From: an uncultured Verrucomicrobiae bacterium
GTDB lineage: Bacteria; Verrucomicrobiota; Verrucomicrobiia; Chthoniobacterales; UBA10450
Assembly (NCBI GenBank): GCA_963801815.1
Contig: CAWDGJ010000007.1
Span: 64,001-128,000, forward strand
Length of the DNA: 64,000 bases
Direction: 5' to 3'
Position numbers and translations under genes: made by a program. The notes beneath the pieces are model-generated. The model saw nothing but the letters and a program-made list of their open reading frames with translations, searched no databases and had not been told where the DNA came from. This document shows, one piece after another, positions 51,696 through 61,943 of this stretch (position 1 is the stretch's first letter; each line of letters starts with the position of its first letter).

Positions 51696-52513
51696 TCAGA
51701 GCTGAAGACGTCGGAACAATTCGTCCAGCGGCAGTTGAATCCCGATGAAAAATTCACCGAAATCAGCGTATTCCGCGCTCACCGGATCGAACCGCATTTC
51801 GTAAACGATCGATTTGATCTGGAAAGTGTCGCGCGCGAAAAGAGTGACCCCCCACTCCGCGTCATCGAGTCCGGTCGAGCCGGTGATGAGTTGCTTCACT
51901 TTGCCGGCGTATTGGCGACCGACGTTGGCGTGGCCTTTCATCAACTTGCGACGCTCATCGAACGGCAACGCGTACCAGTTGCGATGTTCACCGCGGCGCT
52001 TGCTCATATTATAGAAACAAACGACCGGCCAATCGGGCAGCGTCGGATAAACACGCTCCTGCCGGTAATGCTTCATTCGATCGCGAAACGTGTTCAATGC
52101 CGCTTCGAGTTTCGCGGGATCGCCCTTCGGTTTCCGCATCCAGGGTCGCGATGTACTCTTCGTCCGTCGTGATGTATTCGCTTTCCTCCGTTAGCGACAA
52201 ATAACTGTAGACCGGCGGTGAGCACGTCCGCGCCGAGCGACAGCGAAAGCTGTTTCTCGATCCGGTTCGCATTTTGCAGATCGGGCGTGATCAACATGAA
52301 TCCGAGATCGGCTTTCGGCGTGACCACGCTAAGCGTGAGCAGTTGCGTCGACTCCGTCGCTCGGACTTCCTGGACGAGCTTTGTCAGATTCGTTTTGGCA
52401 GCGTTTTGGTCATCGCGATCAAGCAAATTCCACTGACCGTGCTCGATCTGATAAAACAAATGCAGGCAATGCCAGCCCTGTTCGGGAATCAACGTTGTGT
52501 TTTTGTCAGTCAC
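51696..52513 (-). CDS. Chlorite dismutase/coproheme decarboxylase (HemQ/ChdC) family protein (indels near 52210 and 52135)
   Basis: [37 protein letters not shown]…[31 protein letters not shown]. Confidence 0.88.
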
Positions 52514-52551
52514 GGCTGGTAGTTTCGGCTCGTGCGACCAACGGTCAAGAC

Positions 52552-52620
52552 GTTGTAGCGGCGTTTGTTCTCAAACGCCGAGCCAAATAAACAGGCGCTT
52601 GGCACAAGCGCCTCTACAAC
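52552..52620. repeat. GTAG-type REP doublet (REPIN-like)
   Basis: GTTGTAG-CGGCGTTTGttctCAAACGCCG … GGCGCTTGgcaCAAGCGCC-TCTACAAC. Confidence 0.8.
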
Positions 52621-53399
52621 TGCGGCGCAGTTTGCGCGCTCGGTAAGTGCTCCATGCAATATTCATCACCGTCGCTCGCGACTCGGAATTCCAGATCCGG
52701 ATCGGTTAATTCAGTCCGCCCACAGACGGCGCACTTATGAAGCGATTCCGTCTCCGGCTTAGATTGCACTTCAAATCGACGTCTTCGCTCCGAAACCTCG
52801 CGACGATGCCGCGCCTGGTGAATTAGTTCTGGTCCGAAAAAGATCAGATAATTCGCAAACGCCGCAATCAGCGCCGCCCGATAGATTTCGGACCCGAAAA
52901 GAAGCCAAGAATCAGGAACGCGGCGTAGATCCAGGCCAGCCATTTGATCCGAACCGGTAGGATGAAAAGGATATAAATCATTTCCTCGGGATAAAATCGC
53001 GCAAACGCAAAGAACAACGATGACATCAGCATCGCGTTCGAAAAGTTACTGCCGAAAAAGAACGCGGCGATCGTCGTCCCGATCATGCCGATCACGAAAT
53101 ACAAGGTGAATCGAAACGCGCCCATCGCCCGCTCGGTGCCCTCCCCAATCCACCAAAGAAACCAGAGCGCGAAGATCACCCAGCAGCGGGCTCAGTCGTT
53201 TGCGGAATAAAAATGTAAGTGATGAGTCGCCATACCTCGCCGTGACGGATTTTGTTCGGATCGAGCATCAGCATCGACTAAATCCGGGAAGCGCCCACGA
53301 TAGGCCGAACACTAGCGCCGCGAATCCAACCAAAATGCGCAGCAATCCGGGAATTCCGAGAAAACCCAGACGGCGCTCTAGTTTGTCGAGCCAGCTCAT
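52614..53399 (-). CDS. Rhomboid-like membrane protein with a C-terminal Cys/His zinc-binding motif (several indels)
   Basis: [19 protein letters not shown]…, [23 protein letters not shown], tail [10 protein letters not shown]…FR…EYCMEH. Confidence 0.75.
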
Positions 53400-53434
53400 G
53401 GTTGCGCACGGTAAGAGAACGCGAGAAGTGCTTC

Positions 53435-53525
53435 AAGGTGGATCGAGCAGTCCCTTGCTCGATGTTATTTTTGGCGGCGAAGCCGCATTATTTCAGCATC
53501 GCCCGCGGAGCGGCCGATCCACCTT
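53435..53525. repeat. GTGG-type REP-like palindrome
   Basis: AAGGTGGATCG…CGATCCACCTT termini with internal hairpins (ATCGAGCA/TGCTCGAT; GCGGC-GAA-GCCGC). Confidence 0.7.
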
Positions 53526-53559
53526 TGCATGTCATGAAGCACCGCTTAGTTTGGAATTT

Positions 53560-54644
53560 GTGACCGAAATTGCGACAAAAAAGACAGCGCTTTATGACGA
53601 GCACGTGAAGCTCGGCGCGAAGATGGTCCCGTTCGCCGGCTGGCTGATGCCGGTGCAATACACCAGCATCATGGAAGAACATCAGGCCGTGCGAAAAAAC
53701 GTCGGCATGTTCGACATTTCGCACATGGGCCAATTGATCGTCGAAGGCAAGGCGATGCGCGCGCCTGGCTGAACACAATGTTGACCAACAACGTCGACAA
53801 ACTCGAGGTCGGTCAGGGCCAATACACCTTTCTGCTCAACGACAAAGCCGGAATCATCGACGACTTGATCGCGTATCGAATCGGCGACGCGAAGATTCCT
53901 GCTGGTCGTGAATGCGTCGCGCGCGGATGAAGATCTCGATTGGCTGAAAAAACATTTGCGCGGCGATCGTGAAGATCGAAAGTCGGAGCGCGAATTTCGG
54001 CGGCGTCGCGATCCAGGGCCCGCGCATTGGCGAATTGTTCCCGGACTTGCCCGCACGCAATCATATCGTCGATCGTCGATTTCGAAGGAATGCCGATCTC
54101 GATCGCCCGTACCGGATACACCGGCGAAGACGGCGTCGAAGTTTTCTTTCGCAACAGCGATGCGAGCGAAGTTTTGGAACACGGTGCTCGAAAAAGGAAA
54201 ATCTCGGATCTCAAACCATGCGGACTCGGCTCGCGCGACACGTTGCGCCTGGAAATGTGTTATCCGCTCAACGGCTCTGATCTTTCTCCGGAACGCAATC
54301 CGATCGAAGCCGGGCTCGGTTTCTTTGTGGATCTAACGAAACCGAAATTCATCGGTCGCGACGTTTTAGTGAAAACCAAAGAGAACGGGCCGCGCGAAAA
54401 ATTGGTGCCGTTCAAAATGAAAGACAAAGGTCCGCCCCCGCCGCGCCCACATTATTCCGTTTTCGAAAACGGCGAACGCATTGGCGAAGTCACCAGCGGC
54501 ACGCTTTCGCCAAGCTTGAATTGGGGCGTGGGAATGGCGTATGTCTCAGCCCCGCACGCGAAGATCGGCACCCAGATCGACATCGAGATTCGCGGACAGA
54601 AATTTCCGGCCACGATCGAGAAAAAACCGTTATATAAAAAGTAA
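53560..54644 (+). CDS. gcvT: Glycine cleavage system aminomethyltransferase T (several indels)
   Basis: [58 protein letters not shown]. Confidence 0.94.
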
Positions 54645-54681
54645 AACCGCGGCCGAAGCATTCGGCGGCCACTACAGCATC

Positions 54682-55062
54682 ATGAACGTTCCAGACGATT
54701 TGCTTTACACCGAAAGTCACGAATGGATTAAGCGCGAAGGCGACAAAATCCGCGTCGGCATCACCGATCACGCCCAAGCCGAATTGACCGACGTCGTTTT
54801 CGTCGAGCTGCCGAAGGTCGATCGTCAAGCGAACGCGAAGGAAGCGATTGCCGTTGTCGAATCGGTGAAAGCGGCGAGCGACATTTACGCGCCGGTCAAA
54901 GGCACCGTCGTCGAAGCAAACAAAGCGCTCGAAGCCGATCCGGGCTTGATCAATCGCGAACCGTTCGGCCAGGGCTGGTTGTTCGTCATGAAGATCGACA
55001 ATCCCGACGATCTCAAAAATCTGAAAGACGCCGCCGCTTACAAAAAGCAAATCGGCGGTTAA
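54682..55062 (+). CDS. gcvH: Glycine cleavage system H protein
   Basis: YTESHEW, VGITDHAQ, VESVKAASDIYAP. Confidence 0.96.
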   Translation: MNVPDDLLYTESHEWIKREGDKIRVGITDHAQAELTDVVFVELPKVDRQANAKEAIAVVESVKAASDIYAPVKGTVVEANKALEADPGLINREPFGQGWLFVMKIDNPDDLKNLKDAAAYKKQIGG

Positions 55063-55614
55063 TGCCGAGATTTTTTCGAACACCGTTGGATTTCCGGAAC
55101 GTGGCTCAACAAAAATCACGCGATAGCGTCGGAGCTTTGGGTCGGTTTCCATCGAAAGAGATTCCGGCAGACCGAGCATCACCTGGACGGAGTCGGTGGA
55201 TGAGGCGCTTTGTTTTGGCTGGATCGACGGGATTCGGAAACGGGTCGACGAACTCAGTTATCAAATTCGCTTCACGCCGCGACGACGCGGCAGCATCTGG
55301 AGCGCGATCAACATCAAGCGCGCGCAAGAACTAACGAAACAAAAACGAATGCGGCCGACGGGAATGAAAGCGTTCGCAGCGCGGATCGAAAACAAATCAG
55401 GAATTTACTCCTACGAACAACGCACGACCGAGTTGGACCAGACCGTACGCCAGACCGCTGAAGAAAAACAAAACAGCCTGGGATTTTTTTCAGGCGCAGC
55501 CGCCATCGTATCGAAAAATGACCGCCTGGTACATCATCAGCGCGAAGAAAGAAGAAACGCGATCGCAGCGAATGGCGACTAATTGCAGCGTCCGCGAAAA
55601 GAAAACGGCTTTGA
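55062..55614 (+). CDS. YdeI/OmpD-associated family protein (several indels)
   Basis: DEALCFGWIDG, RFTPRR…WSAIN, YSYEQ, SAKKEETR. Confidence 0.82.
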
Positions 55615-55643
55615 GACGACTACGAGCGCGGGTGAAATTCAAC

Positions 55644-56021
55644 TCAGTCTTTGCCGAAGAGCAATTCGTCGACGCCGCGGAGAACTTCTTCGACGCGGAT
55701 GGGCGCGGCGAAGAAGCTGTAGCCGGACAGAATTCCGCCGGAGATCATCTGGCTTTCGGGGCGGAGACTGGTCAGCGAAAGGACCGGCGTGTCGTTGAGC
55801 GCGGCATCGGCGTGGATCTCGCGCTCGATGTTACGGCGCTCCTGGCCGGCGGTGTCGACGAGGATGAGATCCGGCTGAAACCAACGTGCAGCGTTCAACG
55901 CCAGCTTATCGTCGTGTTCTTCGCGAATGACATATTTCCCGGCGCGTTCCAGCGCTCGCCGGATGAGACGAGTGACGCCGGGTTCGTGATCGATTAAGAG
56001 GATTTTCTTTTGAAATTTCAT
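55644..56021 (-). CDS. Single-domain response regulator (atypical)
   Basis: KILLIDHEP, PDLILVD, TPVLSLT; FFAAP in place of xxKP. Confidence 0.85.
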   Translation of the reverse strand: MKFQKKILLIDHEPGVTRLIRRALERAGKYVIREEHDDKLALNAARWFQPDLILVDTAGQERRNIEREIHADAALNDTPVLSLTSLRPESQMISGGILSGYSFFAAPIRVEEVLRGVDELLFGKD

Positions 56022-56280
56022 GTGGTTGATGGTTAACGCCCCATTCCCAGCATCGCTTGGCCATGCCAGCGCCTGGTGACCGAAGTATCCCAGCGTTTTA
56101 ACGCGGGGAATCAGGCCTTAGAATCCGGTTGAGTCCCGCGCAGGGACGGCGAGAACCGTTTGTGCGCATCTCAGATCCCAGCGCTGAAGCGCTCGGGCTA
56201 TGATCAGAACGTGCTCGATGCCGCGAACGCGCAATCGCTGCTTTCATCTTGGCGCCGCTGTGCTTAATTTCGCGTTCGCC

Positions 56281-56594
56281 ATGAGCAGCAAGGCCAAGTC
56301 CCCGGGCGCGGAGTTGAATTTTGAGAAAGCGATGAGCCGGCTCGAGGCGATTGTCGAACAGATGGAGACCGGGAAATTGCCGCTCGAGGATTTGATTGTG
56401 CGCTACGAGGAAGGAATGAACCTGGTGAAGGTTTGCCAGGAACGCCTGACCAGCGCCGAGCAAAAAATCGAGATCATCGCTCGCAACAGCGCCGGCAAGG
56501 CGGTAGTGAAAGATTTTGAACCCGCAGCCGAATCGTCCAACGATGATCAGGGTAAGGAAAAGGAACTAAAGATGACGAAGTCAGACTCTTCTGA
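56281..56594 (+). CDS. xseB: Exodeoxyribonuclease VII small subunit (indel near 56555-56565 makes it read into dxs)
   Basis: FEKAMSRLEAIVEQME…LEDLIVRYEEG…AEQKI; a natural-looking end, DDEVRLF*, lies in the alternative frame (TGA 56592-56594). Confidence 0.88.
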
Positions 56595-58512
56595 AACAAC
56601 GACAACGGTGGAAACGCCAGAAACGTTTGCTGGACGGAATTCATTCGGACCCGCGGACATCAAGGCGCTGCGCGAACAGGACCTGCCGCAGCTGGCCCAG
56701 GAAGTTCGCGAAGAGCTGATCCACGTGTTGTCGCAAACCGGCGGGCATCTCGGGCCGAATCTCGGCGTGGTCGAACTGACGATCGCGCTTCATCGCGTGT
56801 TCAACACCCCGAAGGACCGATTCGTCATGGACGTGAGCCATCAGGGTTACGTCCACAAAATGTTCACCGGCCGGCTCGATCGTTTCTCCACGATGCGGCA
56901 GTTCGGCGGACTTAACGGATTTCTTCTGCGCACCGAAAGCGAACACGATTGTTACGGCGCCGGTCACGCCGGTACCGCTTTGTCGGCCGCGCTCGGCATG
57001 GCCGTCGGCCGCGATCTTCGCGGTGGCGACGAACACATCATCGCGATTGCGGGCGATGCGGCGTTCACCTGCGGAATCAGTTACGAAGCGCTGAACAATA
57101 TTCGCACCCAGACCAAGAAGTTCATCGTCGTGCTGAACGACAACGAATGGTCGATCGCGAAGAATGTCGGCGCGATTGCGAATTACTTTAACCGCATCGT
57201 CACCAATCCGACCTATGCGCATTTGCACGACAAGGCGCGCGATTTCGTTGAATGGATCCTCGGCAAAACCGGCGTGCAGTTCGCGCACAAGGTCGAAGAG
57301 AGCGTCAAAGGTTTGCTGGTGCCGAGCGTCATCTTTGAGGAACTCGGTCTGCGCTATTACGGACCGATCGACGGGCACGACATTCCGCTGCTGATCCGCA
57401 CGTTTGAATTTCTGAAAACACAGGACGAGCCGGTGTTGCTTCACATTCTGACGAAAAAGGGCAAAGGCTACGAACCGGCGATCAAGCAGCCGGACAAGTT
57501 TCACGGCCTCGGCAAATACAAAATCGAGAGCGGCGAGACCGCGCCGACGCCGACCCCGACGTATTCGGAGATTATCGGCAAGACGCTGGCGAAATTCGCC
57601 GACAACAATCAGAAGCTGGTCGCGATCACCGCAGCGATGCCGAGCGGCACCGGCCTTGGACATTTTCAAAAGGCGCATCCTGGTCGTTACTTCGACGTTG
57701 GAATTGCGGAAGAACATGCCGCGCTCTTCGCCTGCGGTCTGGCGACGCAGGGACTGACGCCGTTTCTCGCGATCTACTCCACGTTTTTCCAGCGCGCTTA
57801 CGACATGGCGATTCACGACATGGCGATTCAAAAACTGAATGTGCGGCTTTGCATGGACCGCGCCGGATTGAGCGGCGACGACGGTCCGACGCATCACGGT
57901 TTGTTCGACATCGGCTATCTGCGGCACATCCCGAATTGGGTGCACATGCAGCCGAAGGATGAAGACGAATTCGTCGACATGCTTTGGACGATGGCGAACT
58001 ACAATTCAGGACCGATCGCAGTTCGTTATCCACGCGGATCCGGCACCGGCGCCAAAATCAAACCGGAACCGAAGCTGCTCGAGATCGGCAAGGCCGAAGT
58101 GGTGAAGCATGGACGCGACGTCGCGATTTTCGGTCTCGGCAACATGTTCGAAGTCGCTGAGGAAGCGGCGAAGAAGCTCGAGGAAAAAGGAATTTCGGTC
58201 GCGCTGATCAATCCGCGCTGGATCAAGCCGATGGACACCGGCACGCTCGAGTTTTTCGCGCGCAGCGTCGAAGTCGTTGCGACCATCGAAGATCACGTTC
58301 TGCACAACGGATTCGGCTGCGCCGTGATGGAGCATCTGCATTCCCAGCAAATCAACACGCCGGTCGTGCGGATCGGTTGGCCGGATGAATTCATCGAGCA
58401 CGGCGCCGTTCCGCTTCTGCGCAAGAAGCACGGCATCACCGCCGACGCGCTGGTCGAGAAAGTCCTGGCAGTTCTAAAGAAAAAGCCAGTGCCGAGAACC
58501 AGCGTCGCTTGA
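56572..58512 (+). CDS. dxs: 1-deoxy-D-xylulose-5-phosphate synthase
   Basis: GGHLGPNLG, DVSHQGYVHK, GDAAF…EALNN, LNDN, GPIDGHD, DVGIAEEHA, DGPTHHG. Confidence 0.97.
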   Translation: MTKSDSSETTTTVETPETFAGRNSFGPADIKALREQDLPQLAQEVREELIHVLSQTGGHLGPNLGVVELTIALHRVFNTPKDRFVMDVSHQGYVHKMFTGRLDRFSTMRQFGGLNGFLLRTESEHDCYGAGHAGTALSAALGMAVGRDLRGGDEHIIAIAGDAAFTCGISYEALNNIRTQTKKFIVVLNDNEWSIAKNVGAIANYFNRIVTNPTYAHLHDKARDFVEWILGKTGVQFAHKVEESVKGLLVPSVIFEELGLRYYGPIDGHDIPLLIRTFEFLKTQDEPVLLHILTKKGKGYEPAIKQPDKFHGLGKYKIESGETAPTPTPTYSEIIGKTLAKFADNNQKLVAITAAMPSGTGLGHFQKAHPGRYFDVGIAEEHAALFACGLATQGLTPFLAIYSTFFQRAYDMAIHDMAIQKLNVRLCMDRAGLSGDDGPTHHGLFDIGYLRHIPNWVHMQPKDEDEFVDMLWTMANYNSGPIAVRYPRGSGTGAKIKPEPKLLEIGKAEVVKHGRDVAIFGLGNMFEVAEEAAKKLEEKGISVALINPRWIKPMDTGTLEFFARSVEVVATIEDHVLHNGFGCAVMEHLHSQQINTPVVRIGWPDEFIEHGAVPLLRKKHGITADALVEKVLAVLKKKPVPRTSVA

Positions 58513-58514
58513 AG

Positions 58515-58542
58515 GGTTGAAGGATGAGGGATGAACGATGAA
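58515..58542 (+). repeat. Heptamer array (GGATGAA-like x4), left flank of the four-helix-bundle gene
   Basis: GGTTGAA GGATGAG GGATGAA CGATGAA. Confidence 0.8.
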
Positions 58543-58943
58543 AAGGACGACTTGCGTAAACGCACCAAGCGCTTCGCTCATCGCGTCATCAAACTCTACG
58601 AAACTTTACCCCGCGCAGGTGCCACGCACGTTTTAGCTCATCAGTTATTGCGCTCCGGGACCTCAGTCGGCGCCAACTTTCGAGAAGCACATCGTGCAAG
58701 ATCGAATGCCGAATTCGTATCCAAAGTTGGTGATTCACTGAAAGAGCTCGAAGAAACTGCCTACTCGCTTGAACTGCTGGTTGAATCGGAGCAGTCAGCG
58801 AAAAGAAACTGCGATTGCTCCGCGACGAAACATCACAACTGACGGCGATCCTTACATCAATCGCGAAAAAGATTCGTTCGCGACTTTCATTTCATCCCTC
58901 ATCGTTCATCGTTCATCCTTCATCCTTTCATGGCCGCAATTGA
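58531..58943 (+). CDS. Four-helix-bundle protein (23S rRNA IVP/Avd-like family); indel near 58792, 3' end uncertain
   Basis: QLLRSGTSVGANFREAHRARS…EF…KELEETAY; continues as …LRDETSQLTAILTSI in a shifted frame. Confidence 0.88.
58891..58925 (-). repeat. Heptamer array (TTCATCC-like x5), right flank, inverted relative to the left array
   Basis: TTCATCC CTCATCG TTCATCG TTCATCC TTCATCC. Confidence 0.8.
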
Positions 58944-59916
58944 AGCCCGCGATTTAACCAAGGTTTACCGCACCTACCGCAAGGAGAGCGGTCTCTGGGG
59001 CGCGGTCAAGGGACTGGTTAAGCGCCACTACGATGAAACGCGCGCGGCCGACGCGTTTCATTCCAAATCGAGGAAGGCGAGTTTGTCGGCTTTCTCGGAC
59101 CGAACGGCGCCGGCAAAACGACCGTGCTCAAAATGCTGTCCGGCTTGCTGAATCCGACCACCGGCGATGCGCGCGTGCTCGGTTTTGTTCCGTGGGAGCG
59201 CCGCAACGAAATGAAGCGCCAGTTCAGCCTGCTCATGGGCCAGAAGAATGCGCTCTGGTGGGATCTTGCCCGCGCAGGAATCGCTCGAGCTCAATCGCGC
59301 CATTTACGGAATCGATCGCGACCGATTCAACAAAGTCGTCGGCGGTCTGACCGAGCTCCTCGAGGTGACCGACAAGATGAACGTCATGGTGCGCGAGCTT
59401 TCGCTGGGCGAGCGCATGAAGATGGAATTGATCTCCGCGCTGATCCACGAGCCGCGGGTCCTGTTTTTAGACGAACCGACCATCGGTCTCGATGTCGTTA
59501 GTCAAAAGCGGGTTCGCGAATTTCTGCGCATTTACAACAAGGAACATCGCATCGTGACGCTGCTGACGAGTCATTACATGCAGGACATCGAGGAATTGAC
59601 GCATCGCGTGCTGGTCATCGATCACGGCAAAATCTTCTTCGATGGACCGCTCGACAAAATTGTCGATCGGTTCGCGGTTTACAAAATCGTGAGCCTCACC
59701 TTCGACGCAAAGCCAAACTGCGATTTTTCGCGCTTCGGCGAAGTGATCGAACAAACGCCGATGTCGGTGCAACTGAAAGTCCCGCGCGCCAAGGTGACCG
59801 AGACCACGCGCGAAGTGCTTCAGTCCTGCGACGTGATCGATATCAACGTGCAGGAAGTTCCGGTCGAAGAAGTGATTCGCCAGCTTTTCGGCGAGCGCCC
59901 GAAATTCGGCGAGTGA
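58930..59916 (+). CDS. ABC transporter ATP-binding protein (indels near 59055 and 59268)
   Basis: Walker [34 protein letters not shown]. Confidence 0.9.
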
Positions 59917-59937
59917 AGTTCCGCGAAGCGAAGTGGC

Positions 59938-60204
59938 CTAAGGACGAATCAAAGCGCGCTTGAGTTCGTGCGTGTAGGCCGGATTTACTTCGAACGCAGT
60001 GACCGGCATCTCGGCCAGCTGAATTTGTTCGGAGTAAGGAATGCTCTCAACGAAACCGGCCGCCATCAGGCTGTTGAGCATGTCGATCACGTCATCCGAT
60101 TCCATTCGGACGTTGTCTTGAATTTCGCGCCCGAGCATTGAATTCGCAAAACCAATAGCGCGAACGACAGTGGCTTCGCGGCCGCTGAGTTTGATCATTC
60201 GCAT
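59938..60204 (-). CDS. Small hypothetical protein (possible winged helix); in frame with the upstream SDR in this assembly
   Basis: MRMIKLSGREATVVRAIGF…LNSLMAAGFVES looks like an independent 88-aa protein. Confidence 0.6.
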   Translation of the reverse strand: MRMIKLSGREATVVRAIGFANSMLGREIQDNVRMESDDVIDMLNSLMAAGFVESIPYSEQIQLAEMPVTAFEVNPAYTHELKRALIRP

Positions 60205-60250
60205 ATCGGAGAAAATTAGCAGCTTCCATACCGATAGCTGGGCGGGCGAT

Positions 60251-61116
60251 TCAGGTCCGGCGCGTTCGTGCATCAAGTTCGGCAGCACGCTTTTCTCCAT
60301 ACCAGCGGCAAAGTTCGGGTATCGCGGAACCCAGCCAATATCTCGCAATTTCGCATTGCTCACGCGTTTGTTGCTGTCGCCTCGTTTTCGTTTCGACGTC
60401 GATTCCCCAGACGGTGGCAATGGGCGATTAAGTGCAGCCGCGAGCCAGCGATAACATTCGCTCTGCAAAATCGGCTCGTCATCGACCACATTGTAAATCT
60501 GTCCGGCAGACGCCACCGATTGGAGCAGAACCGAAATCGCCGTCGCCGCGTCGTCGCGATGAATCTGATTCACAAAGCGGTCGGTTCCCGGGTCCAGAGT
60601 TGCGCGACCGTCGAGCAATTTTTGCAACAACGCCGACCGGTGCGGCCCATAAATGCCGCCAAGCCTGGCGACGACGCCGCGACTTACCAGGACTAGTTGC
60701 TCGGCCTCACGCAGAATTTTGCCGGTTTCGTGCTTAGGTTCCGCCGCGCTTTCTTCCGTGACTGACTCGCCGTGTGTCTGCGCGTAAACACTGGTGCTGC
60801 TGACAAACAACACTTTCGTTTCTTCAAAACATCCAAGTAGATTTCGCGCGCCATCCAAATAAACCCGCCGATAAAGGTTCTCGTCGCCTCCGCGCGTGCT
60901 CGCGCAATGAATCACCACGTCGAATTTCGCTTTGTGAGCGACGACATTCTTTTCGCTCGAAATGTCGACACTCTGCCCGCGATGACCGTTTCGTGAAAGT
61001 TCCTGCGCTGATTCGGCAGACATTGTCCAGCCTTCGACCTCCCAACGTTCGGCGGCCAGCAAATCGGCAAGCGCCCGGCCAACATAACCGCATCCGGCAA
61101 TGAGTGCGCGGGGCAT
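60251..61116 (-). CDS. NAD-dependent epimerase/atypical SDR (YeeZ-like); 3' end uncertain
   Basis: IAGCGYVG, VSSTSVY, RLGGIYGP, NQIHRDDAA, NKRVSNAKL. Confidence 0.88.
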
Positions 61117-61126
61117 GCCGGCGATC

Positions 61127-61852
61127 TTAGGCTGCGACGCCGGCGATTTCGATTTCGTCGAACATTTGTCGCTGAAGCGCGCGCACCTGGTTCAAGCGAA
61201 TCAATTCCAGCAACGCCAGAAACGTCACAACGATTTCAACCCGCGAAGCGATCTGATCGAACAGTTCCGAAAACCGGACCGGAGTTCCCTTTCCGATACG
61301 TTCCAGGATCTTTTCGATTTTGTCCGAGACGCTGAATCGCTCGCCAAAGATTTCGCCCAAATCTTCACGCGCTTCGACTCGTTTGATCACTTCCTGGAAG
61401 GCGTGGATCAGCTGAAAAATTCCGACCTCGTGTAACGGCAGCGGCGAGTCTGAAATCGGCACAGTGCCGCTATCGCGTGTGAAAATGCGCTCCTGCTCCA
61501 AGGCGCGATCGTGCAATTGCGCGGCCGCTTCCTTGAATTTCTTGTACTCGATCAACTGTCGAATCAGATCCCAGCGCGGATCATCCTCTTCTGCATCTTC
61601 CTCCGGCGGCTGCTGATCAAGCGGCAGAAGACTGCGGCTCTTGAGGTAGATAAGGTTCGCAGCCATGACCACGAATTCGCCGGCAATATCGATTTTCAGT
61701 TCCTTGAAGGCCTGGAGATACTCCAGGTACTGCTTGGTGATTCGTTCGATCGAAATATCGTAAATATCGATCTCGTCGCGCTTGATCAGATAAAGCAGGA
61801 GATCGAGCGGACCTTCGAAAATTTCGAGCTTAACCTTGTAATCGGTCTCCAT
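61127..61852 (-). CDS. scpA: Segregation and condensation protein A
   Basis: FEGPLDLLLYLI, EFVVMAA…KSRSLLP, VVTFLALLEL. Confidence 0.95.
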   Translation of the reverse strand: METDYKVKLEIFEGPLDLLLYLIKRDEIDIYDISIERITKQYLEYLQAFKELKIDIAGEFVVMAANLIYLKSRSLLPLDQQPPEEDAEEDDPRWDLIRQLIEYKKFKEAAAQLHDRALEQERIFTRDSGTVPISDSPLPLHEVGIFQLIHAFQEVIKRVEAREDLGEIFGERFSVSDKIEKILERIGKGTPVRFSELFDQIASRVEIVVTFLALLELIRLNQVRALQRQMFDEIEIAGVAA

Positions 61853-61943
61853 GTTTCACTGATCCTCAAAGCGGTTTCGGCGCGTCATGTCTATAGAACA
61901 CGAGACTAAACCGGGGACAAGCTCCGTTAGGAGCGGCAGGCGA

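Noticed and set aside
53400..53560. Glycine riboswitch upstream of gcvT
   Set aside because: No GGAGA…CCGAAG…CTCTCAGG core; the structure is explained by a GTGG-type REP palindrome.
56100..56200. Possible ncRNA (hairpins CGCGGG…CCCGCG and ACGG…CCGT) between the receiver gene and xseB
   Set aside because: No recognisable SRP, 6S or riboswitch motif; the stems are short and expected by chance in GC-rich DNA.
56641..57945. Long antisense ORFs (e.g. 434 aa opposite dxs, 352 aa opposite cysS, 290 aa opposite the GT2)
   Set aside because: Shadow ORFs from GC-rich codon bias opposite well-supported genes; no motifs.
56200..58512. 770-aa XseB-Dxs fusion protein
   Set aside because: XseB's natural-looking end (DDEVRLF*) is present in another frame and the region is indel-rich; most likely an artefact.
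58531..58943. Diversity-generating retroelement (because of the Avd-like gene)
   Set aside because: No reverse transcriptase and no TR/VR repeat pair seen in the window.
59938..61116. SDR fused to a small C-terminal domain (392 aa)
   Set aside because: The linker looks like intergenic sequence, a stop lies close by in a shifted frame, and the second part has its own ATG at 60204; probable single-base error.
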